32,000 bases of DNA from Okeania sp. (GCF_035285525.1 NZ_JAYKGW010000230.1:20638-52637); one strand, 5' to 3'. Positions 1 to 11,964 are shown, counted from the first letter of the stretch. Numbers and translations are program-made. The notes: generated from the letters alone by a model not told the origin.

Positions 1-52
1 ATAGTCAGTAGAATGTGTAATTAATTTTGCATAGACATTTATCAATCTTCAA

Positions 53-107
53 AGTTATTCATCCGGAATTAATTCACTGTAAATATTCAGAGTTATTCAT
101 CCGGAAT
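53..107. repeat. 17-bp direct repeat AGTTATTCATCCGGAAT x2 (53-69 and 91-107)
   Basis: Exact 17-nt match read directly. It sits inside a longer TTCA[A/G]AGTTATTCATCCGGAAT[T/C]AAT match, 38 bp apart, in AT-rich non-coding DNA. Confidence 0.6.
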
Positions 108-562
108 CAATATTAACTTACAGAATAAATTACTTAGATTATATCTTTTACATCTATTACAGAATTTCATATTTGTGAGGTACAATTATCGCAGTTAAGA
201 TATCTGCACTACAAAAATTTTGTAATTAATAATTGTACTTAATATACTTGAAATTTGCTGTAAGTATAAATGTAAACAAACAGCTATTAGCGGTCAGCTC
301 TCAGCTAAAAAAACAAATTAATTATAGTCATTCTGGTTTAGACTGAGACAATAATTTCTTACTCTTAAAAGGTTTCAGCTAAAAAAATGTTTCATTCTTA
401 TTCAGAATAACTATAAACATTCCTTTAGCTGCTGCTACTAAATTTATAACAGATTTTCAAGTCATAAATTAAAGCACAATAAAAACCAGCTTTAGTTTTC
501 AAATAAAGGCAATAAAACTGAATGCTGACTGCTTACTTATAAATAAAATTAAAACCATAATC

Positions 563-1699
563 ATGGAATTAAAACTTAAATATAGCCATAGTTTTTCTGA
601 TTCTATTCCTATAGAAATAGATCGAGATAGTTGGCGATCGCTACCTACTAATATCGAAACTGAAATTCAAACTAACCCAGTCTATAGTTTGATGTTGAAA
701 AACTTCAAAACTACCCTAGAAAAAGGAGTATCTGAAACTGAAGCTCAAATCAAAACATTAGGATATGAAACTATCAGATTCAAGCTCAAAAACTTAACTG
801 GAACATTAATACCAGACAAAAAAGAGTCTTCAACAGACCTACTTTCTGTTCAGTCTAATAAAATGAATGAGCTGAAAAAAAATCCTCTTTCTCAAAACAA
901 ATATCAGGAAAAGTTAATCCCTCAAAATCAAAATCAAGTTGCAGAAAAAATGAGTACAAACTTAAACATTGCTATCGAAGCAGAAGCTCCAACTGAACCA
1001 ATTGTTTTAGCTATAAACTCTGATGATATAGATACTAATTTATCAGAAAATAATCATAATAAGTCTGAAAAATTTTCACTAAAAAATAGTCTATTCAAAT
1101 GGAATAAAAAGCCAACTAAAGCAGAGGAAGCAGCTTTAAAACTTCAAGAAAGAAAAATATACTTACAGGAACTAGGTAAAAAACTACAAAATGCACGAAA
1201 AATGCGTTGTTTATCTATGCAACAAGTTCATAAACAAACTTTCGTACCACTTCATTATGTAGAAGCAATAGAGAGAGGTGAAACAGAAAGACTACCAGAA
1301 GATGTATATCTTCGGGGATTTATTTTTCGTCTTGGTAATGCTTTAGGGTTTGATGGTATAACTTTAGCAGCAGCTTTGCCTAGTTCTAATTCACTTAAAG
1401 GTTTAATCCCATCTTGGTCTGAGTCTGATCAAGAATTTGGATTTCATCTACATCCAGCTTACCTATATGTAGGTTATGCAGCTTTAATAGCTGGAACAGT
1501 AAGTGGACTAAGTTGGATGTCCCAACAACCAAGTTCTGGAGTAAATATGGTTCCAGATACTCTAGAACCACCAGATTCATTTGTGAAGTCACAAAAACAT
1601 TCAGAAACTACTCAGACACCAGGATTAAAATCGACTAGAGGTAGTTTAGTTGTTGGTTCAGATATAGCTCCACCAGAAACTTTTACAGTTATCAGTTAA
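563..1699 (+). CDS. RodZ-like helix-turn-helix membrane protein
   Basis: 378-aa ORF. The central segment MRCLSMQQVHKQTFVPLHYVEAIERGETERLPEDVYLRGFIFRLGNALGFD looks like the Xre-type HTH module of RodZ-like proteins and is followed by a hydrophobic helix (LYVGYAALIAGTVSGLSW). The N-terminal ~190 aa are low complexity, so the true start is uncertain. Confidence 0.6.
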   Translation: MELKLKYSHSFSDSIPIEIDRDSWRSLPTNIETEIQTNPVYSLMLKNFKTTLEKGVSETEAQIKTLGYETIRFKLKNLTGTLIPDKKESSTDLLSVQSNKMNELKKNPLSQNKYQEKLIPQNQNQVAEKMSTNLNIAIEAEAPTEPIVLAINSDDIDTNLSENNHNKSEKFSLKNSLFKWNKKPTKAEEAALKLQERKIYLQELGKKLQNARKMRCLSMQQVHKQTFVPLHYVEAIERGETERLPEDVYLRGFIFRLGNALGFDGITLAAALPSSNSLKGLIPSWSESDQEFGFHLHPAYLYVGYAALIAGTVSGLSWMSQQPSSGVNMVPDTLEPPDSFVKSQKHSETTQTPGLKSTRGSLVVGSDIAPPETFTVIS

Positions 1700-1710
1700 C
1701 AAATTTTTTA

Positions 1711-1750
1711 GGGAACAGGGAACAGGGAACAGGGAACAGGGAACAGGGAA
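1711..1750. repeat. Heptamer tandem array (GGGAACA) ~5.7 units
   Basis: Read directly. It begins 12 nt after the stop of the preceding CDS. The same heptamer family recurs at 5641-5695 (opposite strand) and 22086-22120. Confidence 0.9.
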
Positions 1751-1781
1751 AAATTATCAGTACCCTAAGCTGAAATAAACC

Positions 1782-1858
1782 GCTGTGAAATATATTTCAC
1801 AGCTCAAAACTGAAGTCCAAAGGACTTGAGCTTTGAGCCAGGGATTTTAATTCCTGGC
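1782..1858. terminator. Cluster of hairpins between convergent genes (possible bidirectional terminators)
   Basis: Inverted repeats GCTGTGAAATATATTTCACAGC (1782-1803), AAGTCC..GGACTT (1813-1827) and GCCAGGGA..TTCCTGGC (1837-1858) lie between the 3' ends of the RodZ-like gene and clpX. No strong U-tracts. Confidence 0.35.
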
Positions 1859-1952
1859 TAATATTGATTTTCGTTACTTTTTAAGTTATCATTTATAGGT
1901 TGAAAAGGGGAATCTTAAAACCTTATCTTTTCCTCAATCGTTGAAAAAATGT

Positions 1953-3314
1953 CTAAGCAGACTCATGTTGTTTATGCCATGTAGGATGCCATAATAACTC
2001 AGCAGTAGAACGTTTTTCTACCATTTCTTTAGTAATAGTGCAGTAAGTAACATCTTCACGGGATGGTAATTCATACATAATATCTAACATTAACTCTTCT
2101 AAAATTCCTCGTAATGCTCTAGCTCCAGTTTTACGTCTATGTGCTTCTTTAGCGATCGCTGTTAGAGCTTCTTTTTCAAATTCCAGCTTAACATTATCCA
2201 TCTTTAATAATTTTTGATATTGCTTAACCAAAGCATTCTGTGGTTCAGTTAATATTTTCATTAATGCAGTTTCATCTAATGGGTCAATAACTGTTAAAAC
2301 TGGCATTCGTCCAATAAACTCTGGAATTAAACCAAATTTTACTAAATCATCTGGTTCAACATTTTTCAGTACATTAATATTCCGTTTTTCTTTTGATGAT
2401 AAACTTATACTATTTTGATTAACTTCTTCTGTCTGAATAAAACCCAAAGATTTTTTGCCCTGTCGTTGTTCCACAATTTTCTCCAGGCCCACAAAAGCAC
2501 CACCACAAATAAACAAAATAGAGCTAGTATCGAGCTGAATAAAATCTTGATAAGGATGTTTGCGTCCACCTTGGGGGGGAACATTTACTACTGTTCCCTC
2601 CAATATTTTTAATAAAGCTTGTTGTACACCTTCTCCAGATACATCTCGTGTGATAGAAGTATTTTCACTTTTACGAGAAACTTTATCAATTTCATCTATA
2701 TATATAATTCCTTTTTGGGCAGATTCTATGTCCAAATCTGCTACTTGCAATAACCTTAATAAAATATTTTCGACATCATCCCCTACATAACCAGCTTCAG
2801 TCAGAGTTGTTGCATCCGCTACTGCAAATGGTACATCTAGTAGCTCTGCTAAAGTTTGAGCCAATAAAGTCTTACCACAACCTGTTGGACCCATCAAGAG
2901 AATGTTAGATTTTTGTAATTCCACGTCAGAGTCACAATTATTCTCGGAATTATTTTTTGTTTGAGAACTCAAACGTTTATAGTGATTATATACTGCAACT
3001 GAAAGGACTTTCTTCGCCTGGTTTTGTCCGATTACATGAGCATCTAAATACTGCTTTATTTCTCTAGGTTTGGGAACTTCTTCTAGAGGAATCTTTTTCT
3101 TACCTAAATGTCTATGATTTTCTGATGGTTTTTCTACTAAAGCAGGGGAATTAGTATTTTTACTATATTGAAATAATTCTTCTTCTAATATTTCGTTACA
3201 AAGTTCTACACATTCATTGCAAATATAAACCCCTGGACCTGCTATTAATTTGCGGACTTGATCTTGTGACTTGCCACAAAATGAGCATTTCAGGTGGGAA
3301 TCGTATCTGGACAT
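1953..3314 (-). CDS. clpX: ATP-dependent Clp protease ATP-binding subunit ClpX
   Basis: 453-aa ORF with an N-terminal C4 zinc ribbon (CSFCGK...CNEC), Walker A GPTGCGKT, Walker [10 protein letters not shown] and a C-terminal TGARALR segment. Confidence 0.97.
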   Translation of the reverse strand: MSRYDSHLKCSFCGKSQDQVRKLIAGPGVYICNECVELCNEILEEELFQYSKNTNSPALVEKPSENHRHLGKKKIPLEEVPKPREIKQYLDAHVIGQNQAKKVLSVAVYNHYKRLSSQTKNNSENNCDSDVELQKSNILLMGPTGCGKTLLAQTLAELLDVPFAVADATTLTEAGYVGDDVENILLRLLQVADLDIESAQKGIIYIDEIDKVSRKSENTSITRDVSGEGVQQALLKILEGTVVNVPPQGGRKHPYQDFIQLDTSSILFICGGAFVGLEKIVEQRQGKKSLGFIQTEEVNQNSISLSSKEKRNINVLKNVEPDDLVKFGLIPEFIGRMPVLTVIDPLDETALMKILTEPQNALVKQYQKLLKMDNVKLEFEKEALTAIAKEAHRRKTGARALRGILEELMLDIMYELPSREDVTYCTITKEMVEKRSTAELLWHPTWHKQHESA

Positions 3315-3584
3315 ATATGTTTTTTTCCTTGGTAATGGTGATATTTACTTTGTGAAGGGATTAAGTTGTGTGATTCTTAAGGTTAGTGATTGGGGTCGAT
3401 TTCTTATTTGAGCTACCTTTGAAGTTCAATTTTCAAATTTTTGTTTATACCTTAAATTATATGCTATTTAACAGGGAATACTTTATTCTATTTCATCTAT
3501 TTCAGAATAAAATGTTGAAATTTTTCTAAATATTAAAGATTGATGTGAATTAAAATAAGCAACACTGTGATAATATGAATATCC

Positions 3585-3740
3585 TGTGTTGGTTCTAGCG
3601 AGGATCAGTCGTTAGAAGTAAGGGGGAAAGTTTGGTGCAAGCCCAACGCTGTCCCGCAACTGTGAGATAACTTTAGATTTGATCTTTGAAAAATTAAAAA
3701 TCTAAAATTTATTCAAGCCAGAATGCCCACCAATATGAGA
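3585..3740 (+). promoter_or_regulatory. Cobalamin (B12) riboswitch
   Basis: Conserved core strings appear in the correct order: AAGGGGGAAAG (3619-3630), GGTGCAAGCCC (3634-3644), GCTGTCCCGCAACTGTGA (3648-3665) and the B12 box AAGCCAGAATGCCCACC (3715-3731). A closing helix pairs TTGGT (3589-3593) with ACCAA (3729-3733). It ends about 40 nt before the hupE start. Confidence 0.8.
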
Positions 3741-3776
3741 AAAAAGGTATTATGATAACACATCTGCGAGGTACGG

Positions 3777-4457
3777 ATGATAAACAAATATAGCAAGTAT
3801 ACAAAAGTTAGAGTGGGAAATCAGTTTAAGACAGTCAGGGGTATTTTAATATTTGCCTTTGCAAGTTTAATTTTCTTTAGCACTATAGAATCGGCCATTG
3901 CTCACCATCCAATGGGGGGTAAAATACCATCTAATTTTGGGGAAGGTTTACTTTCGGGTATGGGACATCCTATAATTGGCATTGACCATTTGGCTTTTGT
4001 CTTGGCAGTGGGATTAGTAGGAACAACAATCCCTAATGGTTTATCAATACTAGCATCTTTTCTCGCTACAGGAATGCTAGGAACAGGTATTCATCTTCTC
4101 AGTATTGATTTGCCTTTAACAGAATTAGCGATCGCTTTTTCCGTAGTTGTTTTTGGGGTAATTTTAGCTTTTAAACAAAGGTTGAATAATTTATTACTAA
4201 TTGTTTTTGCTGGTATTGCTGGTATATTTCATGGTTATGCTTATGGAGAAGCAATTCTTGGTGCAGAAATGACTCCATTATTGGCATATTTATTAGGGTT
4301 TACGGCTATTCAATTTTTTATAGCATTATTAGCAATGAAGTTGACTGAATTAGTTAGTAATAATTGGGAAAATCAATTCTTGAATTTAATTCGTTTTTTA
4401 GGTTTGGCGATAAGTGGTATTGGAGTTGTATTTTTCACGAGTGCTATATTTGGCTAA
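3777..4457 (+). CDS. hupE: HupE/UreJ family metal permease (predicted cobalt importer)
   Basis: 226-aa ORF. A signal-like N-terminus is followed by AHHPMGG and Gly-rich TM helices (GHPIIGIDHLAFVLAVGL, FHGYAYGE) typical of HupE/UreJ. It lies directly behind the B12 riboswitch. Confidence 0.85.
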   Translation: MINKYSKYTKVRVGNQFKTVRGILIFAFASLIFFSTIESAIAHHPMGGKIPSNFGEGLLSGMGHPIIGIDHLAFVLAVGLVGTTIPNGLSILASFLATGMLGTGIHLLSIDLPLTELAIAFSVVVFGVILAFKQRLNNLLLIVFAGIAGIFHGYAYGEAILGAEMTPLLAYLLGFTAIQFFIALLAMKLTELVSNNWENQFLNLIRFLGLAISGIGVVFFTSAIFG

Positions 4458-4820
4458 GTAAGCATTTAGGTGTCAGGAATCAGCAATCAGTTATTGGTCT
4501 GAAAATTATAAAATTTGGCAAAGTTTGGGGGCGGGTTTGTTTTTTTAAATTCACGAATTTAACTATCAGATGAAATAAAGTCGCCCCAAAATATAACAGA
4601 CAAAATTAGCTGTTTCAGTCTAGGATGCTCAAGTTAATATTTGACTGTTTTTTAAAGATTGATTGATATAATTTTTATTTAAAAATTCATATTTTTGTTA
4701 ATAAACAAAAAGTCAGAAATTACAGCATATTCCAAGTATATGAAGTACAGATAGTTAAATCTTGCCAGTGCAATTTTTCGGGAACCGTGCATCTGGCTCG
4801 CCCTGGTGTACCTCACCAAA

Positions 4821-4868
4821 GAAGAAACCCGGTTTCTTTGAGAAATTGGGTTTCTGGGTTCCCTGTTT
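4821..4868. repeat. Palindromic AGAAACCCGGTTTCT-type element, copy 1
   Basis: GAAGAAACCCGGTTTCTTTGAGAAATTGGGTTTCTGGGTTCCCTGTT is nearly identical to 5603-5650. The same core is found inside the MITE-like element at 29233-29330. Confidence 0.8.
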
Positions 4869-5035
4869 CCAGTTAAGTGTTCCCTAAAATGAAATACCCT
4901 TGCTTCAAATTAATTAGGTAAATTTTTTAGCAAATGCAAAACATTTAATGATTTAAGAAAAATCTATTTCCATGACCTAATACTAACTATTAGAAATTTT
5001 AGTGTTTATTCCTAAATATTATCAAAAAAAATCAC

Positions 5036-5434
5036 ATGTCAACGCCACATATTCTATTTGTTTGTACTACTTGCGCCAGTGTTTGGCAAAATGGAAAAAG
5101 ACAAGGTATTAGTGGAGGAGAAAAACTCCTAGAACAACTTTCCCAAAACCATAAAAATTGGCAATTAAGCAATAGTTTTTCTATCGAACCAGTGGAATGT
5201 ATGAGTGCTTGTAGTCACTTTTGTGCTGTTTCTTTTGTTGCTCCTGGTAAACATACTTATGTATTTGGAGATATTTCTCATCAAACTGAAACTTTGTCCG
5301 AAATTTCAGAAGCAGTATTAGAATGTGCAAGTCTTTATTATTCTAAACCTGATGGTTTATTGTCTTGGTCAGAACGTCCTGAAAAACTCAAAAAAGGTGT
5401 TTTGGCAAGAGTTCCACCCTTAAGTTTTAAATAG
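5036..5434 (+). CDS. DUF1636-like Cys-rich metal-binding protein
   Basis: 132-aa ORF with a Cys cluster (FVCTTC ... ECMSACSHFC). Its size and position just upstream of cobW match DUF1636 proteins of cob clusters. The family is assigned from memory, not from a search. Confidence 0.65.
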   Translation: MSTPHILFVCTTCASVWQNGKRQGISGGEKLLEQLSQNHKNWQLSNSFSIEPVECMSACSHFCAVSFVAPGKHTYVFGDISHQTETLSEISEAVLECASLYYSKPDGLLSWSERPEKLKKGVLARVPPLSFK

Positions 5435-5444
5435 GGAGTTATTT

Positions 5445-5476
5445 CAGTTATCAGTTATCAGTTAACAGTTATCAGT
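5445..5476. repeat. Heptamer array (CAGTTAT) ~4.5 units
   Basis: Read directly. It starts 11 nt after the stop codon of the DUF1636 gene. Confidence 0.85.
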
Positions 5477-5593
5477 ACCTCTTGAATAAGAAGGTTTAAA
5501 ATACGGAATTTTCTTGTTTATCTTTTTAAAAGAAGAGCCGTAATTACCAAAAATTTTCGGTATAAATTAGGAAAAATAGGAATTATTGGTAAG

Positions 5594-5695
5594 CATTTAC
5601 GCGAAGAAACCCGGTTTCTTTGAGAAACCGGGTTTCTGGATTCCCTATTCCCTATTCCCTATTCCCTGTTCCCTGTTCCCTGTTCCCTGTTCCCT
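5594..5695. repeat. MITE remnant (ATTTACGCG + AGAAACCCGGTTTCT palindrome, copy 2) fused to a TCCCTAT/TCCCTGT heptamer array
   Basis: 5603-5650 matches 4821-4868. 5641-5695 is (TTCCCTA)x3-(TTCCCTG)x4. This DNA is what the ORF track translates as the first 42 codons of the cobW ORF. Confidence 0.85.
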
Positions 5696-5711
5696 AAATA
5701 ATAATAACATT

Positions 5712-6758
5712 ATGAGTGCTAAAATTCCAGTTACTGTAATTACAGGTTTTCTAGGTAGTGGTAAAACTACTACTATTCGTCATTTATTACAAAATAATCA
5801 AGGTCGTCGCATAGCAGTTTTAGTAAATGAGTTTGGTGAAGTTGGTATAGACGGAGATTTGTTACGTTCCTGTCAAGTTTGTGATGAGGAAGATGTTAAT
5901 AATAACATTGTTGAACTAACAAATGGTTGTCTTTGTTGTACTGTACAAGAAGAATTTTTTCCGACTATGCAAGAACTATTAAAACGTCGGGAAAAAATTG
6001 ATTCTATTTTGATAGAAACTTCTGGGTTAGCATTACCAAAACCTCTAGTTCAAGCATTTCGGTGGCCGGAAATTAAAACTGCTGCTACGGTGGATGGAGT
6101 TGTAACTGTGGTTGATTGTGAGGCAGTGGCAAATGGTAGTTTGGTGGGAGATATTGATGCTTTGGAAGCTCAACGTCAAGCTGACCCAAATTTAGACCAT
6201 GAAACGCCTATTGAGGAATTATTTGAAGACCAGTTAGCTTGTGCTGATTTGGTATTATTAACTAAGGTTGATATGGTGGATGAAAATACTTCTAATAAGG
6301 TGCAAAATTGGTTAAAAGAACAGTTGCCTAAAACTGTGAAAATAGTTCCTTGTATTGGAGGAGAAATTAATCCAGATTTATTGTTAGGTTTTAATGCAGC
6401 AGTTGAGGAGAATTTAGATTCTCGTCCTAGTCACCATGATACCGAGGAAGAACACGAACATGATGATGAAATTAATTCGGTAAATTTAATTTTAGATGAA
6501 GAGTTTGAACCAAAAGAGTTAGTTGAAAAGTTGAAAAGTTTAGTGGCAAATAATGAGATTTATCGGATTAAAGGTTTTGTGGCAGTGCCGAATAAATCTA
6601 TGCGTTTAGTTTTGCAAGGGGTAGGCGATCGCTTTGATTATTTTTATGATCGTCTTTGGCAAAAAAATGAGATTAAGCAAACTAAATTAGTGGTAATTGG
6701 TAAGTTTTTGGAACTAGAAAAAATTCAATCTGAGTTTGGTAATAAATTATCTAATTAG
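5712..6758 (+). CDS. cobW: Cobalamin biosynthesis GTPase / cobalt metallochaperone CobW (COG0523)
   Basis: Start moved to ATG 5712 (MSAKIPVTVITGFLGSGKTT). P-loop GFLGSGKTT, metal-binding GCLCCT, ETSGLALPKPLVQAF, LDHETPIEELFEDQLACADLVLLTKVD and a His/acidic tail SRPSHHDTEEEHEHDDE all fit CobW proper. Confidence 0.9.
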   Translation: MSAKIPVTVITGFLGSGKTTTIRHLLQNNQGRRIAVLVNEFGEVGIDGDLLRSCQVCDEEDVNNNIVELTNGCLCCTVQEEFFPTMQELLKRREKIDSILIETSGLALPKPLVQAFRWPEIKTAATVDGVVTVVDCEAVANGSLVGDIDALEAQRQADPNLDHETPIEELFEDQLACADLVLLTKVDMVDENTSNKVQNWLKEQLPKTVKIVPCIGGEINPDLLLGFNAAVEENLDSRPSHHDTEEEHEHDDEINSVNLILDEEFEPKELVEKLKSLVANNEIYRIKGFVAVPNKSMRLVLQGVGDRFDYFYDRLWQKNEIKQTKLVVIGKFLELEKIQSEFGNKLSN

Positions 6759-7002
6759 GTTATATGAAAAAGTATTTTAGTAATGGGTAGAAGTGAGGAA
6801 GGATATCAAAATAAATGAGAGTTATACAGGAAATATTCGTTCATAATACTCTCTTCACTTTTCTGCGCAACTCTTGCCCAAAATACTAAATTTTTGATTT
6901 TTCAGTAACCGTACCAGATCAACCTAAAAGCTTACATTTTTTGATATCTAAAAAGGCTAAAACTTTATATCCGTAAATAGTTTTAGATTTAATTAGCAAA
7001 CC

Positions 7003-7685
7003 CTACTTATTCCCATAAGTATTCAATAGATTACCAATATCTTTCCTCAAGGTTTCAATGTAATTTATTAAAGTACATATACTATCTTGTTGTGTTTCGT
7101 TAGAAAAAACATTTTTTAAAGCCTTATCGCAATAATTAACAGGAACAATTTTATTTTTCACATTTTCAAAGGCATTTTTTTCAATATTCTTTAATATTAA
7201 CTGCTCTAGACACCAAAATTTTTCCTGAAGTGACTCTATTACATCACTTAACCCACAATTGTTTAAAGCTTTTAAACACCTTTTATCGCCTGTTAAAAAA
7301 TAATGATTACCTCCCTTTTGATTGAGAATACTGACATAACTAATTAAAAGTGCTTCTCCCTGATCGATTGATTTTTTTTATCATTACTTCTTCTATTATA
7401 CTCAGACAGTTGAAAGTATACATTGTTCATACTACTATTAAATTTATCCTCAGAAACAATTGATAAATTATCAACCACTTTTAATGCTTTATCTATATCT
7501 TTTCGACTTAGTTCTTGATTACTTCTTTTACGCCTAATTTTATTTTTCCATCTATCCGGAAAAGTCTCCAGTATTTTCACCTTTTTAGGCTCAATATCAA
7601 GACTGTTTAAAGTATCCTAAAATAAATCACAAGTAGCTAGTTTATGAATTATGTCATCATCCAAACAGTAGAATGAAACCTGCAA
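7003..7685 (-). pseudogene. PIN-like nuclease gene disrupted by an in-frame TAG and a frameshift in an A8 run
   Basis: AGGAG lies 8 nt before TTG 7685. The frame reads QVSFYCLDDDIIHKLATCDLF, then TAG (7617-7619), then DTLNSLDIEPKK...NDKK. A 1-nt shift inside the A8 run (7372-7379) is needed to continue as QGEALLISYVS...HYFLTGDKRCLKALNN... to TAG 7003-7005. The LDDD / E / TGD pattern resembles a PIN-like fold. The family call is tentative. Confidence 0.45.
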
Positions 7686-7725
7686 AATTTAAACTCCTAA
7701 CACCTCCTCTAAATATTCATAGCTT

Positions 7726-8685
7726 TCATTCATCATTAAATATATCCCAATCTAACCTATCAGCCAAATATTCATTAACAATCTGTTGACCATTAGCTTC
7801 CAGATTTAATTTTTTTAAAGCTGTATTAACAAAAGCCCAATTTCCATTATGCCAACCATAGTTTAGAATGATTGAATCAGGTTCAAGAGTCGGATTTTCT
7901 CTAGCTTTTTCTTTAGCTTTTTGAATTAATTGTTTGTTGTTATGAATCTGGTTATATTTTAAACAATTATCATAATTATCTAATAATAACTCAGTGGCAA
8001 ACTTATTAGCTTGGTTTTCTTCTTTATCATTACATTCAGACTGAATATCTTCATCTACTAAGACACCTTCTTCTAAATGTCCTAATGCTAGATGTCCTAA
8101 TTCATGTGCTAAATTGAAAGCTAACCTAGCAGAATTTGTAGGCTTTGAACTAATAATAATAACAGGAGATGAAGATTGCTATTGAATTAATGCAGCAAAT
8201 TTTTTTGTTGATCTAGAAAAATGATTAAAATAAGCAACAATAATCCCCTTACTCCAACAATACTTCAGTAAAGAAGTTAAATTAATTGTTAGAGCATCTC
8301 TTAAAATTTCTTCCCTAATTTCTTTAACATTGTTAGGTAAAATAGTAAAATTAAGCTCTGTAGCAGATGTAATTAAATCAGCTACTCGACTTGCTAGAGC
8401 TTGAGCTACATGAGGACGTTTTTTATTCTTACTACTACATTTTTTAAAGTTAGTATGAGGCAAAAGATTAAATCTAACTTCCTCTTCATCAAATAAGGAT
8501 TTTAACTCAAGATTAAGCCGAGCAGCAATGTAACCTGCACCTTCTAAAACAGCAAAAGGTTTACTATTAAGTCGATCATTCCACCAACTCGGTAAACCAT
8601 TTTCTCTGACATACTTATGGTCTAAACCAACCTGAGAAAGTTTAGTATAGAGGTCAGACATTGTCAGTGTTTTTGTCATGTTCAA
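7726..8685 (-). pseudogene. ImmA/IrrE-family (COG2856) zinc metallopeptidase interrupted by an in-frame amber codon
   Basis: The 168-aa ORF (8685->8182) stops at TAG 8179-8181. The same frame stays open for 150 more codons to TGA 7726-7728. That extension carries the catalytic core FNLAHELGHLALGH (HExxH) and EENQANKFATELLL. Confidence 0.7.
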
Positions 8686-8788
8686 TCCTCCTTATGTACT
8701 AATACTTATATTGATAATCTTAATCCTTATTTCAATCATTAAATTTAGTATCAGACTAACCTTATTTCAACATTTATTTGATAAGATT

Positions 8789-8869
8789 AGAACTTACGCA
8801 AATTTTTCAACACGCTATTCGTAGAGCGCAAATATCATTCCCTAGATATGGCGGTTCTGCGTAAGTCCT
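8789..8869. mobile_element. MITE-like element with ACTTACGCA / TGCGTAAGT terminal inverted repeats
   Basis: AGAACTTACGCA (8789-8800) and TGCGTAAGTCCT (8858-8869) are inverted. It is ~81 bp with no ORF. Related copies lie at 29233-29330 and 29340-29429. Confidence 0.55.
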
Positions 8870-9109
8870 AATGATAAAAATCAGTAGAACTTACCTCAAC
8901 CTTTTTAACTTCAAAAAAAAACTAACTTTCATCTTGACGTCTAACTTCTGACTTCAACTAAAAAATTCCCCTGCTATAAAAACCTATAGTAATTAACAAT
9001 CTTACGGTACTTTTGAGGATAGTGAGGTACACTTTAAAAATTATCTATCTTTGTAATACAGCCTTCATTTGCTCTAACAACCTAGAAGGTTGTGTTACCA
9101 CTCATTACT

Positions 9110-9144
9110 AAAAAAATCCCCTGCCATAGATTTATAGCAGAGGA
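9110..9144 (-). terminator. Rho-independent terminator of apcE
   Basis: The minus strand reads TCCTCTGC-(12 nt)-GCAGGGGA followed by TTTTTTT. The stem is 8 bp with one G-U pair and starts 35 nt after the apcE stop. Confidence 0.55.
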
Positions 9145-9179
9145 ACAAAAAATAATAAAACCCAGAAATAACTAACAGC

Positions 9180-11906
<2,727 letters not shown>

Positions 11907-11964
11907 TTAATTTTTATCGCTCCTTATTTTAAAGTTTTTACAGCTTCTATTTTTAAGTATTGAG

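Noticed and set aside
634-641. GCGATCGC octamers at 634, 2152, 4128, 6625, 14215, 14835, 16061, 22844, 24281, 26280 and 27947, considered as specific regulatory or restriction sites.
   Set aside because: This is the genome-wide HIP1 palindrome typical of many cyanobacteria. It is useful for taxonomic assignment but is not a local feature.
4740-4830. Possible second cobalamin riboswitch in front of the DUF1636-cobW genes, suggested by GCCAGTGC / GGGAACCGTG / CTGGC strings.
   Set aside because: The conserved elements (GGTG..AATCC, GCCACTG, B12 box) are absent or in the wrong order on both strands.
5586-5711. The first 42 codons of the track ORF for cobW (MVSIYAKKPGFFEKPGFWIPYSLFPIPCSLFPVPCSL...).
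   Set aside because: This stretch is a translation of the palindromic element and the TCCCTAT/TCCCTGT heptamer array. The conserved CobW N-terminus begins at ATG 5712.
6994-7010. Shared TTAATT..GCAAACCCTACTTA at 6990-7010 and 17740-17760, at the edges of the two accessory modules, considered as att-like sites.
   Set aside because: The motif is a half-site of the dispersed GTAGGGGTTTG...CAAACCCTAC hairpin family. Short matches of this length are expected by chance in 32 kb of AT-rich DNA.
8179-8181. Amber codons at 8179-8181 and 7617-7619 as programmed read-through or recoding sites.
   Set aside because: The window shows no recoding context or machinery. The second gene also carries a frameshift, so simple decay is the more economical explanation. 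It is kept only as a minor alternative in the finding.
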